DNA of 64,000 nt, from positions 224,001 through 288,000 of the forward strand of contig CAVPGK010000010.1 of assembly GCA_963703955.1 (NCBI GenBank). Direction: 5' to 3'. The translations under genes and the position numbers were made by a program. Position 1 is the stretch's first letter; the number at the start of each line of letters is the position of its first letter. Of this stretch, positions 51,029 through 61,240 are shown piece by piece. This DNA comes from Nitrospirota bacterium (GTDB lineage Bacteria > Nitrospirota > Nitrospiria > Nitrospirales > Nitrospiraceae). A model generated the notes under the pieces. It searched no databases. It had not been told where the DNA came from and worked only from the letters and a program-made list of their open reading frames with translations.

Positions 51029-52336
51029 CCGGCCGGGGAGATAGGTAACAAAGTTGTCGAGGGACATGGGTTACACGGGTTTGCGGTTAAGTCTGCCATA
51101 TTCGTCCTCGATACGCATGTGTCGCTCGATGAGGCGTCCAAGCTTGAGCGGCCCGAAGTAGACATTCCAAACCCCGTTGTCGATCTCCTCGAGCCCGACG
51201 TATTCGCCGACGCAGACGATCGAGACGTTGACCCACTCGCGGTTCCAGCGGATGCCACCATTGGCGCTGACGTAGCGCACTTCGAATCTGTCGGGGTATT
51301 CCAGGGGTGGCAATGTGCTGGGCATCTTGCGCGTTGACGCGCGGTAACAGGACGCGGGCGTGTGCTGGTCGAGCGCTTCGTGTGGGCGCTCGTGATTGAA
51401 CTCATCTCGAAAGGCATTGAATCGGCGTTGTTGTGCGGCCAGACTGCCGGCGGCCGGACGGGTCGTGTCGGCTTTGAGGGTACGATGCATACGCTCGTGG
51501 CGCCCGTTCTGTTGGGGTTTGCCCGGTTCGATGAACTCCGGCAGGATCCCGAGCCGTACCCACCAGGCCGAAAGCCGCGACAGCCGCGCCAGGGTGTTGG
51601 TGGCAAACGGCACGCCGTTATCGGTGCGGATGCGCATGGGCAGACCGTATTCCTTGAACAGCCTGGTAAAAACTGGCTTGGCTTCGTCCACGGCGGTTGA
51701 GTTCAGCCCCTGGCACCCCAGTAGATAGCGGCTGAAGCCGTCGGCCACGGTCAGCGGGTAGCAGTAGCGGCCATTGCCGGTCTTGAACTGGCCTTTGAAG
51801 TCCGCGCTCCAGAGGTCATTGGGAGCCAGGATCGAGCCGGTCGGCTTGCCTGGATGGCCGATGCGCCGACGGTGGCGCGTGTGAGGCACCATGCCGTGTC
51901 GCTTGAGGATGTCACCCACGGTGGATCGGTGAGGCAGATCCCAGCTCGGGTCGCGCTTGTGTAGCAGCGCCAAGAGTTTCTTGCCACCCCAGGACGGGTG
52001 ACGGCGTCGCGCCTGGAGGAGCGCCTCAACGATGTCCTCCGCCGTCTGATTGGGCGAATGCTGTGGCCGACGCGAGTGGTCCTGAAGCCCGGCCGGTCCG
52101 TGTCGGAGGTAGCGGTCGATCCACTTATAGGCGGTCTTGCGCGACACGCTATACAGGGCGCACAGTTCCGTGACGCTCAGCGTCTCGCGCAGGTAATCGG
52201 CGATCAATTGTGTTCTCTGGTCCATAGGTGACGTCTGACTCCACGGCATGGGCACCTCCTTTGGTGCCCGTGAGTGTGCGCAAACTGTTACCTATGTCCC
52301 AAGACTAAACTGTTACCTATGTGTCCAGACCGTACC
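51026..52336. mobile_element. IS481-family insertion sequence; ends approximate
   Basis: Both ends carry tandem ATAGGTAACA / TGTTACCTAT boxes in inverted orientation around the transposase. Confidence 0.85.
51071..52249 (-). CDS. IS481-family DDE transposase (integrase core)
   Basis: HTH SRKTAYKW..RY; W..DFKG, IRTDNG.PF, P.QNGRHERMHRTLK, N..RPHEAL; RBS AGGAGG. Confidence 0.93.
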   Translation of the reverse strand: MPWSQTSPMDQRTQLIADYLRETLSVTELCALYSVSRKTAYKWIDRYLRHGPAGLQDHSRRPQHSPNQTAEDIVEALLQARRRHPSWGGKKLLALLHKRDPSWDLPHRSTVGDILKRHGMVPHTRHRRRIGHPGKPTGSILAPNDLWSADFKGQFKTGNGRYCYPLTVADGFSRYLLGCQGLNSTAVDEAKPVFTRLFKEYGLPMRIRTDNGVPFATNTLARLSRLSAWWVRLGILPEFIEPGKPQQNGRHERMHRTLKADTTRPAAGSLAAQQRRFNAFRDEFNHERPHEALDQHTPASCYRASTRKMPSTLPPLEYPDRFEVRYVSANGGIRWNREWVNVSIVCVGEYVGLEEIDNGVWNVYFGPLKLGRLIERHMRIEDEYGRLNRKPV

Positions 52337-52423
52337 GAGGGCGAACCATAATCAACCTAACTTGGCGCTCCAGCCAACCACGCAAGAACGGTGCGAAAGA
52401 CGAGAGACTGTACGTGAGCCTTG

Positions 52424-53823
52424 TCAGACTGCATGCCAGCACGTCCCGTGCTCGCGTTGGGTGTCGGTCAGCGCGTCGGCTCGGTAGAATTTGTCATAGA
52501 ACTCCATGTCCAGATGATGCGCTTGGTGAGCCAGGATTGTGCGGAACGGCCCGCTGTTGGCCGGGAAGCGGCCGTAGCGGTCGTACACATACTCGCAATA
52601 GGCGATGGTCGCGGCGATCGCCTTGTCGGAGTAATGCGGAATACCGGCCTGCACCCTTGCCCCATCCTTCCAGCCGGTGGCTGCTCCACCGTCCCGGAAG
52701 GTGCCAGTTCCTTCGGCGTACTTGGAACGCACAAACGCCAACACCGCCTCCTCCATATTGGCATAGTAGGGTGGGCAGTAAGGCCTGATGAGCACGTCCC
52801 CGCCACGCTCCAATCCCACCGCGGTCGGAACGGCCATGTCTCTACGAAGAAGGTTGAGCACCCTCTTTGTGATCGGGCCTGCCCCGATGGTGCGTGAAAA
52901 CGGCACCGCCTCCATGCGAAACCCCAATGTCTCGAACCAACTGAAGGGATGGGCCGCGAAGTGAGGAAATCCGCCCAGCCCCAAGGCCTGGGTCATCAGG
53001 GCCAGATTCTGGAGAATGCCGCCCTGTTCGATCGCGGCGAATTCGTACAGCCAGGTCTCGAAGAACCCCACCGTGGCGGTCAGCCCGCGCGACGGATCGT
53101 CCTCGAGATGACCACCGCGTGATCGGGCAAAGGCGCCGACCCCTGCCGGCCGAACCGATTGCGCTCGTCCACGACAAAGTAGCCGAACTCTTCCCCGAAC
53201 GCAGACAGCAGCACGTTGATATAGTCGGCGGAAAACTCGTTGACGGGCAGGAAGTAGGTTGTACCGGGCAGGTTGGCGGACCATTGGTTGAACGGCGGCA
53301 CGATCGGTTTTGGCCGCGGCACGTCTAATCGCCGGTCGGCAATCCGAATCCGGCTTTTCTCGTACAGCTCGACAAACCGATTGTCCTTGGCCGCGTCAAT
53401 CAAGCCCGGGATCTCGGCTTGCGGAAAATCCTGCGGACGTTTCAGCATCCAGACTCCGTCATCGTTGATGACAAACACAATGACGTAGTGCAATGCATGG
53501 CCGCTGGCAATGGTGCGGCCGATGAAGCGCACCATGATATTGCCGCCGCCAGCCCCGGGCGCGTCGCCGGACTGATAGGGCAGTTCAGCCAAGGCGTAGC
53601 CGGTGATGCCGCAGGCCGCAAAGGCGAGGGCCGCTTCTTCGTCAAGCGTCAAGGGCTGCGCGGGATGCGCGCTCCGATAGGCCAGCGGTCCGCCGTTCAA
53701 GACCATTCCTTTGCCGAAGCGGCGAGAACGGCGCTCCTTCAAGGCGGTCAACAGAGGGTAATCGGTGAGACGGTCCATCACATGGGATGTGGAAAGAGCA
53801 TCATGGGATGGCATGTGGGCCAA
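52424..53823 (-). CDS. Hypothetical protein, possibly nitroreductase-like, split by frameshift(s) near 53140
   Basis: ORFs 53080..53823 and 52424..53284 are complementary halves; RRSRRF N-motif, QNL.L..QALGLGG. Confidence 0.55.
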
Positions 53824-54018
53824 CCTCCATCGAAACTACCAGCGCCCGTTGTTATGGGCGATGCGATAGCCTAGGGACGAGCATCTAGACGATGGCAAAA
53901 AAATTGAGGGGCTCTCGCTGACGCTGTTGCGCCAAGGTGGCCTCCGCTCACTCTACGAACGAGCCTCGATTTTGGTTTTCTTGTGAGCTGCAGGGCAGGG
54001 ACGTACGCCAGTCGGCCG

Positions 54019-55494
54019 CTAAGACCACGCTTTGCGCCCGCGTTTCTCGAGTTTGCCCCACAAATCCTGGAGCCCTGCTCTGGCGGCGCGGCGGCGAGCC
54101 CGCTGGCGCTCCACGATCACGCCCGCCGCGAACACCGCTCGACTTCCGCGTGAGCGGGTGAGGAGCCTGCGGAGTCGATCCTCCGCCACGACGGCATCTT
54201 GATGGTCGCCGAGGAGTTGCTGGACGTCCTTCGCCCGTTGAATGAATCGAGAGGCGGCCTTGCCTACCACAATCTCGGCCAGTTCGGCTGTGTACCGCGC
54301 TCGCTTCACCTTGATCCTCGCCGCGTGCAGCGCCGCATCGCTCGGTTCCGGTCCCAAGTCATGAATGGTCCGGCGGAGCTTCTTGAATTGGGCTGCCGCC
54401 AAGGCTCGGAGCGAGACCTCAGGCGACACCACCTGTGGGGCGTCGGCGTCCACTTCGAGCCGGTCTACAAGTTTGAGATAACGATCGCTTCTGAGGGCTT
54501 CCATCATAGCGGCACGGGCCTCGGTACGCTCGGCCCCGAACGATGTCAAGACTCGTTCGAATGCGCGATGCTCCCGGGGATCGAGTGCGGCGGCTTCGGT
54601 ATGGAAATGCTCAAGCAGGACGTCCAGATCGCGCACGGTTCCCAGCACCTCGCCCAACCAGGCCAGTTCAGTGCGGAGCCCATCGACCCATTCGGGCGCC
54701 AGCATGGGCTTGGCGGCGCGCAGGATTGCGCGGAGGCGACGCGTTGAGACGCGCATCTGGTGAACGTCCTCGGAGTCGAGGCCGAGACGTGCGCCGGGAT
54801 CGTGCGCTAGGATCGCCTCCACTTCTGCGCGGAAGTTGGCCTTGAGGTGATCGACACTGGGCGCCGTTGGGGAGACATGGGTCGGTTGAAGTGGAGATTG
54901 GAGCCCGATCGCTTGAAAAATGATGGGGCGTTCGTCGGCGGGTTCGGTGTCGGTCCCTCGGGAGCGAAGCGCGCTCTCAACCCGACTGAGTTCCGATTCA
55001 TCGCCTTCAAGTGGCTCGATCGATAGCGCTGAGAAACGGCGGACGGATCGACGGGCCTCGAGCTGGGTGATCGAGTCGAACAGAACATTCGCGAGCGGCC
55101 GGGATTCGTCGAGGACACGCGATCCGCTCCGCCGCGTGCGCAGCTTGGCGATCGGGACCAATTCCTGCCCGCGCAGATGAGCGCGCAGGACATCGGAAAT
55201 GGCGGGAGAGGGGAGTAGCGACCGATCAGGAAACTCAATCGTGAGACTCGCCGGCGATCGGGGTAGCGTGAGCTCCCAATGCGCTGTTCTGTCTTCGACC
55301 CGTCGCCGGAGCGTGATGCCACGGCGACCAAGCAGGTAGTCGGGGGCATCGTAATACGTACAGGTAAAGACCCGCAGCGGGAGCGGCTCGCCCGGAAGTT
55401 CCCCTGGATGGAATCCATGAGCGACGCTGAACGTGCGCGTCTGTTCGACGGTCTTTCGGACGACCTTGGTGTTCTGGTCCAAGCATTCCCTCAC
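54019..55494 (-). CDS. CYTH + CHAD domain protein (polyphosphate-related); start uncertain
   Basis: YYD...L...GITLRRR; VHQMRV..RRLR, LG.VRDLDV, LH..RI..KR.RY, LG...D..V. Confidence 0.88.
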   Translation of the reverse strand: MRECLDQNTKVVRKTVEQTRTFSVAHGFHPGELPGEPLPLRVFTCTYYDAPDYLLGRRGITLRRRVEDRTAHWELTLPRSPASLTIEFPDRSLLPSPAISDVLRAHLRGQELVPIAKLRTRRSGSRVLDESRPLANVLFDSITQLEARRSVRRFSALSIEPLEGDESELSRVESALRSRGTDTEPADERPIIFQAIGLQSPLQPTHVSPTAPSVDHLKANFRAEVEAILAHDPGARLGLDSEDVHQMRVSTRRLRAILRAAKPMLAPEWVDGLRTELAWLGEVLGTVRDLDVLLEHFHTEAAALDPREHRAFERVLTSFGAERTEARAAMMEALRSDRYLKLVDRLEVDADAPQVVSPEVSLRALAAAQFKKLRRTIHDLGPEPSDAALHAARIKVKRARYTAELAEIVVGKAASRFIQRAKDVQQLLGDHQDAVVAEDRLRRLLTRSRGSRAVFAAGVIVERQRARRRAARAGLQDLWGKLEKRGRKAWS

Positions 55495-55529
55495 TGAGGA
55501 AAGTGCTCACTCCGCTCCGGTCCTCACAG

Positions 55530-55967
55530 TCAGTCAACCACGACCACATCCAGGCCCGATTGCTTCGCTGCGCCTGCCTGTTTGCGGTCACCCGTAACAA
55601 AGTGGATATGGATGCCGGAGCTGGCTTGGAAGGCCAGAGCGGATGCGACGTGAATCGCATCAAGAGTTCGCAAGGTTGTTCTCCTGATTAGCTCCTCCGC
55701 TTGATCCAGGACCAGAGGGCTCACTTCGACCAATTCCCAGAACGCGCGATCGTGACCCATTCTTGATAGGATCGCGATGAAGTCTCGATCAGCTAGTTCG
55801 CCGGAAGCGCGACGGCGACAGAACGCTGACTTGGCCTCGACCGGACTGACGGCCGAGGACAGAAGTCGATGGTGGCGGAGCAGGTTTCTTGCACGGATCG
55901 AACCGTGCTCACGGACGTATCGTTTGACGATAATACTGGTATCGAAATATGCCCATGGAGCGGGCAT
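55530..55967 (-). CDS. VapC-family PIN domain toxin
   Basis: YFDTS..VKRY..E.GS, LRTLDAIH.ASA, FVT.D..Q..AA. Confidence 0.92.
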   Translation of the reverse strand: MPAPWAYFDTSIIVKRYVREHGSIRARNLLRHHRLLSSAVSPVEAKSAFCRRRASGELADRDFIAILSRMGHDRAFWELVEVSPLVLDQAEELIRRTTLRTLDAIHVASALAFQASSGIHIHFVTGDRKQAGAAKQSGLDVVVVD

Positions 55968-56245
55968 CAGGAATCGTCTCGCTCTTCACGGATCGTGACT
56001 GTCAGCGGTGGGCCTTTTAGGGGGCGTGGAGTCCATGAGGGTAAGGGACGGGGCTTCGCCGCCCGCCGCAAGAGACCTCCGGCTTCTAATTTTCGGATCG
56101 TGGCCTCACCCACCTCTGTTTTTCGCAGCGGCTTGATGACCGCAATGGGTTTTCCTCGTTCAGTCAACACGACTTCTTCGCCGGCTTTGACTGCTTTGAC
56201 TGCCTTGGAGAAATGCTGGTTCGCTTCTCGTAGTCCGAGACGCAT
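55967..56245 (-). CDS. Phd/YefM-family antitoxin
   Basis: GLRE....FS..V..V.AGEEVVLTERGKPIAVI.P; overlaps the toxin start. Confidence 0.92.
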   Translation of the reverse strand: MRLGLREANQHFSKAVKAVKAGEEVVLTERGKPIAVIKPLRKTEVGEATIRKLEAGGLLRRAAKPRPLPSWTPRPLKGPPLTVTIREERDDS

Positions 56246-56545
56246 TCTTGATCGCTCCAGTGTAGTGAGGTTACTACAATAGACCATCTATCACCGTTGC
56301 GTCAAGGCCGATTGTGGTCGAGTGCCCTGTGTGTATCCGGAGGAAGTGGAAGATCTTGTCGACAGTGATTGGTCTTCTCGGGAGTTTGAAGAAAGGGTGA
56401 CGATGCCGCCGACTTGTCACGCTGCAGAAAAGCCATTATCTTGGCTCTCCTATCAAGTCGAGATACGCCGAGGCCGGATCGCACAACCTGATCAACGGGC
56501 GGCACAAAGTATCGCCCGCCTGTGAAGGAAGCATGGGAGAAGAAC

Positions 56546-57556
56546 ATGAAAACCATCAGGATCAACACAGCACTCGCGGGGGCGGCCGCATGCGTGCTCG
56601 TCGCGGCTCATGCCGTGGCCGACTCGGGCGACCATCGGTTTGCGAGTGGCGTTGAGAAGGCCAAACGCGCGACGGTCGGTATCCTGCAGGATTCTCAAAA
56701 CGCACGCGCCCAACGGGGAAAGCCAAATTTTTCGCTCAAAGGGTCCGGCTTTCACGTCCGGGACGGGTACATCGTGACTGCCCGGCATGCCGTGGAACGG
56801 GACGAAGCAGGACAGAAGGTGGTGCCCAAAGAGATCACGGTGCTGACGACGGACCTCGACGAATTGCCCGCCGAGCTGACGGGAATGAACGAGTTCCTCG
56901 ACGTGGCGGTTTATCGGGTCGAAGAGTTGGTGCCGGCCTCATTGAAGACGATTGTCTTCGGAGGCAAGGAACCTGAGGCGGGCGACGAACTGTTCACCGT
57001 GGGGTATCCGCTGGGGTGGGGACCTGCCGTCGGGTTCGGACGCCTTGGAAACGCCAACGTGTTCTTACCGACGGTGGATTCTCGGCTGTTTCAAATCGAT
57101 CTGTCCGCCTGCAGCGGTAACTCGGGCGGAGGACTCTTCAATGCGGACGGCGAGGTCGTGGGCGTCGTCCACGCGATTATCCAGACGGAAACCCTCCAAG
57201 GGGAGGCGCGATGCAGCCGGTTCGCGTTTGCGGTGCCGGGTATGCTGGTTCAACGGATCGTGACCGCGCTCATTCAAGGCGAGCAGCCCACGTTCTCGAA
57301 GCTCGGTATTCAACTGACGGTGATGAAGGTAGGAACCCGGTGGCGGGTGGCCGTGTCTGAGGCCGCCGGACCGGCGTTCGAAGGCGGTATCCGCAAAGGC
57401 GATATCTTGCTGGCGATCGAGGATACGGCCATCACGGACGGCGTGCAGTTGAAAAACTATCTGATCGAGCGGACCGTTCCTGGCCAGAAGGTGGCCGTCC
57501 GGGTCCTTCGCGGCCAGACCGAGCACACTGTGTTCGTGACGCTGGGGAAGGCCTAG
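56546..57556 (+). CDS. Trypsin-like serine protease with PDZ domain (HtrA-like)
   Basis: GSGF, VTARHAV, DVAV, GNSGGGL, GD.LLAI; signal peptide. Confidence 0.92.
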   Translation: MKTIRINTALAGAAACVLVAAHAVADSGDHRFASGVEKAKRATVGILQDSQNARAQRGKPNFSLKGSGFHVRDGYIVTARHAVERDEAGQKVVPKEITVLTTDLDELPAELTGMNEFLDVAVYRVEELVPASLKTIVFGGKEPEAGDELFTVGYPLGWGPAVGFGRLGNANVFLPTVDSRLFQIDLSACSGNSGGGLFNADGEVVGVVHAIIQTETLQGEARCSRFAFAVPGMLVQRIVTALIQGEQPTFSKLGIQLTVMKVGTRWRVAVSEAAGPAFEGGIRKGDILLAIEDTAITDGVQLKNYLIERTVPGQKVAVRVLRGQTEHTVFVTLGKA

Positions 57557-57586
57557 ATCGGGGTCAGGGGTTGGTAACCAGGTCGT

Positions 57587-58357
57587 ATGAGGTGTACAAT
57601 TTGGCAAGGTCCGACTCATCGATTCCTACGTTCTATAGATGCTATGGCTGTCTCGCGCCTTCGATCCAAAGCCGCCGACTTGCGACGCGTTCGGTGGATG
57701 TTTTTCGTCTGCCTGCTCGCGTTCGCCATCGGCGTGGCATGGGGCTGTTGGAATCCTGAAATCCGCATCCAGCAATCGCCGGCGTCGCCTCTGCACGAGG
57801 CATCGCTGAATGCCTGGTTGGTGTGTTTGCAGGAAGCTGCCTACGTCAGTGGGGTTGATCCCGCCCTCTTTCATGCCATCGTGACCGTGGAATCAGGAGA
57901 GCACCCGTATACGTTCGGGTGGTTCGACAAGGCCGGAACGCGCAGAGTCTATAAGGCGCCCAGCTATCGCGAGGCCGTGGCGAAGTTTGACAAGCTGGCG
58001 CAGCAACAGATTCGCTTCGATGTGGGGCTGGCTCAAGTGAACAGTCGCAACCTCACTGTCCTGGAGCGCCGGATGGGAGTCTCCCCGATTCGGGCCTTGG
58101 ACCCTTGCACCAATCTTCGACTGGCTGCGATCATCCTCCGAGAGCAGATCCAGATTCACGGGCCGACCTGGCGAGCGGTGGCCGGGTACAACGGTGCGTT
58201 GGCGTATGTCCCCAGAGTCCATCGTGTGTACTGCGCGCAGGTGCCTGATGCAGCCGGTTGCCACGCTGCTCTTCCCTTGTCGCATCTCCTCTGCGAGCCG
58301 CTTCCGTTCTCCGAGACCGAACGATACTACCGCGTCTTCTTCAGGACGCTGGCGTAG
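57587..58357 (+). CDS. Lytic transglycosylase (SLT, VirB1-like); start uncertain
   Basis: AI..VESG, DVGLAQVNS.N, DPCTNL..AA.IL, AVAGYN. Confidence 0.85.
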   Translation: MRCTIWQGPTHRFLRSIDAMAVSRLRSKAADLRRVRWMFFVCLLAFAIGVAWGCWNPEIRIQQSPASPLHEASLNAWLVCLQEAAYVSGVDPALFHAIVTVESGEHPYTFGWFDKAGTRRVYKAPSYREAVAKFDKLAQQQIRFDVGLAQVNSRNLTVLERRMGVSPIRALDPCTNLRLAAIILREQIQIHGPTWRAVAGYNGALAYVPRVHRVYCAQVPDAAGCHAALPLSHLLCEPLPFSETERYYRVFFRTLA

Positions 58358-58448
58358 AACAGATAAATTTGATGATCTGTTGATCTGTTGAATGAGATTC
58401 AACGCCGCAGCGGCGCGACTCACGAATTATCAGCTGTGTGTCAATGCG

Positions 58449-58697
58449 TTAGGAATAGCTCGGTGAGTGGGAGGGGATAGTGTAGAAACTATGTAGAAGA
58501 GAGGAAGGGCGCGCGGAGTCACCCCCGGTCCCGATGTCGGGATGTAATACCCCCGGTTGACCTTGAAGGCCCAAGGAAACTTCCCGCTTTCAATCCACCG
58601 GTGTGATCGTGTCCGGGCTCACGCGAAAGAGTTCAGTGAGGTCGCGGACGGTGTAGAGACGCGGGCCGAGGGCAGGGTCGCGGGGCGATCGTGGCAT
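58449..58697 (-). pseudogene. Excisionase/AlpA-like HTH protein, frameshifted
   Basis: Manual reading LYTVRDLTELFRVSPDTI(fs)RWIESGKFPWAFKV. Confidence 0.6.
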
Positions 58698-58835
58698 CTC
58701 AGGGCAAATACGTGCGTCCGAGAGGGTGTTCGGTAGGGGACTTTGTCAGAGTTGAAGCGAAAGGGCAAGCCCCTAGCGGTCTTCGTCCCACACGTTCAGG
58801 ATGCGTGCGTCCACGCAGCTGAAGTTTGGGTAGGA

Positions 58836-59090
58836 TCAATCATCCTGAGCTAACTGTTTGAGGTCCATCCATTTTATCGCCATGGCCAATGCAGCATTAT
58901 TCGCCTCTTCCTCGGAAGCAAAAGGCTTAATAGCGTCGCCATAAATCGGTGTTATGGTTTCTATGCCTTCAATGGATTCCCGAATCCGAGCCGCAGGAAT
59001 CCAGCCAACTCGAAGGCTTTGATAAGAATCAAGGCGAAATTGACGATTGTTAATAGTGCGCCATTTATGCATTTTAAGAATCTCGACCAT
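58836..59090 (-). CDS. 84-aa hypothetical protein
   Basis: Open frame in the AT-rich island; W.P...I, F.SEEEAN..A..MA.KW.D. Confidence 0.5.
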   Translation of the reverse strand: MVEILKMHKWRTINNRQFRLDSYQSLRVGWIPAARIRESIEGIETITPIYGDAIKPFASEEEANNAALAMAIKWMDLKQLAQDD

Positions 59091-59284
59091 TGTGCTTCGT
59101 CTCCGTCAACTTCATGGTGGCCTTGGCAGCGGCGACGCGCCGATGCCAGTTATGCTCAGCACAAGTTTCGGGCATTGTTACGAACGGGCACATGGCCAAG
59201 AGCTCCGACAGCGCATCCCGTAGCCGCAGGACCTTCTCTCGTTCATCTAATTCGAATACACCCATTCATCGACCTCCTCCGATT

Positions 59285-59522
59285 GCTTTATCTGATGCTA
59301 AGAATACCTTGTAGTTGTCTTTCTGTGAAGTGAGTTTCCCTGTTTTGGCAGCTAGTACGTTGGCCCCCAGGTTCGCTAAATAGTCGGTAGTTCTTTGCCA
59401 GCGTAAGTGGCCCCTATGCTCGCTATGACTGAAGGACAGTCATCAAGGGGTAAGATGATCTCCCGCCTCTGATGAACCTCAGAGCACTCGTTGCAGAAGA
59501 AGTGAACTGAATATAACGTCAT
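59285..59522 (-). pseudogene. Small CxxC..H zinc-ribbon-like gene remnant with internal stops
   Basis: MTLYSVHFFCNECSEVH...YAGKELP, then an interrupted continuation PKTGKLTSQKDNYKVFL. Confidence 0.4.
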
Positions 59523-59875
59523 GCGTATGTGCCCTTCCTGTGGGGTTACCACTTGTCTTCCATCACCTCGCCTCGCTGACACCCTGTCAAAACAGGAGGG
59601 CTCCGCTTGCGGCATAGAGGATCGCCGCGTAGGTGCGCCTAGAGAAGGCGCTCAGCGCACCATGATAAAGCGGTTAGAAATGCAACCTCTTGCTCGGCTG
59701 AAAAAGTTCTCTAAGCGTGGACATGAATTGATCTCATTGTTAGCAAAAGCGTAAAGTGAGGGCGGAGACTACTTAGTGAGAGAGAAATCGCGGGTTTTCG
59801 GAACGTTTCTGCGCGCGCTATGCAGGTAGGTATGCTCAATGGCTGGGACTCGTGGTCCGAATAACCCCGATCAGG

Positions 59876-61235
59876 ATGCGGCACCGATCAGCACTCAGAC
59901 TGAGCGCGTCCTTCGTGACTTCGTGCGCGATGCGGTATCGCGTCTCTCGGAGGCGCTGAAGGATTCAGGCACCAGAGTGGGAGGATGACACCCGATGGGA
60001 ACGCGGGACCGATGGCCACTTCCGGGAGCGCAAGAAGCGTACACGGACGTTGTGGCCGATGCTGAGCGATGAGTGGCTCCACTCGCTGCCCGATTATCAA
60101 ACATGCGTCGAGCGCCTGAAATCCGATGTGGTCGTCGGACCACATCTCGATCGCTTAGTAGGGACCAGCAGCTCAGCCTCGCGCCTTGAGGCAAACAACA
60201 TCCTGACAGTCGCTGATCTACGCGATGCTGGACGACGAAGGACGCCTTGCGTTCACGGACGAGCGATTCGACGGTAAATGGCGGGAATTGGTCAGCTTTT
60301 TTGGCGCGGAGCGGATTGCTTTCAAGACGGTTGCGCCGCTTCCACACCTGGTTGTCCAGCTTTCCCGCTTCGGCTGAGCAACGAGCTAGTCCTCGACCGC
60401 CTGACTGACGATGAGGTGACGCGCTGTTACCAGGTCGGTGTGCTTCGGCCTCAATCGCGGCGATTTCCGCTGATCACGGCGAGGTCGCCGTCGGAATTCG
60501 GAGGACGATGTTCTTGCCGAAACTGATCCGGAAGGTGAAGAACCGCATGAGCTGCCAGAGGCCGAGGATGAGGGTAGCTTCGGCAATCGCCCTCTTTTTC
60601 GAGACGATCTCGTCAGTCGACGATGTTCTTTCGGCACTGCGACTCTTTAAGCACACCCAGATTCGCACCGCCGGTCACGCGACTTGGACCGATTCCTATT
60701 GGTTGAAAGGCGGGACATCGTATCGAGTGCTCGGGCAGTGGCCGTACGGGGGGAAGTTCGAATTATCGGAAGGTGAAGTCCCGCAGTTTCTCGAACTGTG
60801 GCGCCTGCTAGAGGAAGGAGCTGCGCGCTTCGGCTTCAGTATCCACCGCTTCAATCTCGCCTTCGACCGCGGACTCCTCGCCGACCGGATCGTCGATTTG
60901 GTTATTGCGGCGGAGGCGCTATTCTTGGGCGATCTCGACGAACAGTATCGTGGAGAGCTGCGGTTCCGCTTTGCGCTACGGGCAGCGAAGTTCATCGAAC
61001 ACCCGAACTACGGTGAGCATGACATCTTTCGCGTAATGCGCCGAGCCTATGACGCCAGGAGTGCGATCGTGCACGGCGGTTCGCCGAAGGACACCAGCCT
61101 GCCCGACAATCAGTCCGCCAAGTTGCCGACCTTCATTGACGCCATCGAAGAGCTTGTGCGGCTCGGGCTGCGCAAGGCGCTTTCGATGAAGGAAGACGGA
61201 AAGAAGATGCGCCAAGCCGAGTTGAATGAGATTCA
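59876..61235 (+). pseudogene. Apea-like HEPN domain protein, multiply frameshifted, 3' end cut at the direct repeat
   Basis: VDLVIAAEALF...ELRFRFALRAA...AYDARSAIVHG (RxxxxH); upstream pieces in different frames. Confidence 0.65.
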
Positions 61236-61240
61236 GCAAA

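Larger units (their letters stand above)
58387..61235. mobile_element. Decayed 2.83-kb island flanked by perfect 15-bp direct repeats GTTGAATGAGATTCA
   Basis: Repeat at 58387-58401 and 61221-61235; interior partly AT-rich with gene fragments; no integrase. Confidence 0.7.

Noticed and set aside
58397..58454. Integron attC site (ATTCAAC ... GTTAGGA)
   Set aside because: The right core does not fit GTTRRRY, internal pairing is poor and no integron integrase is present
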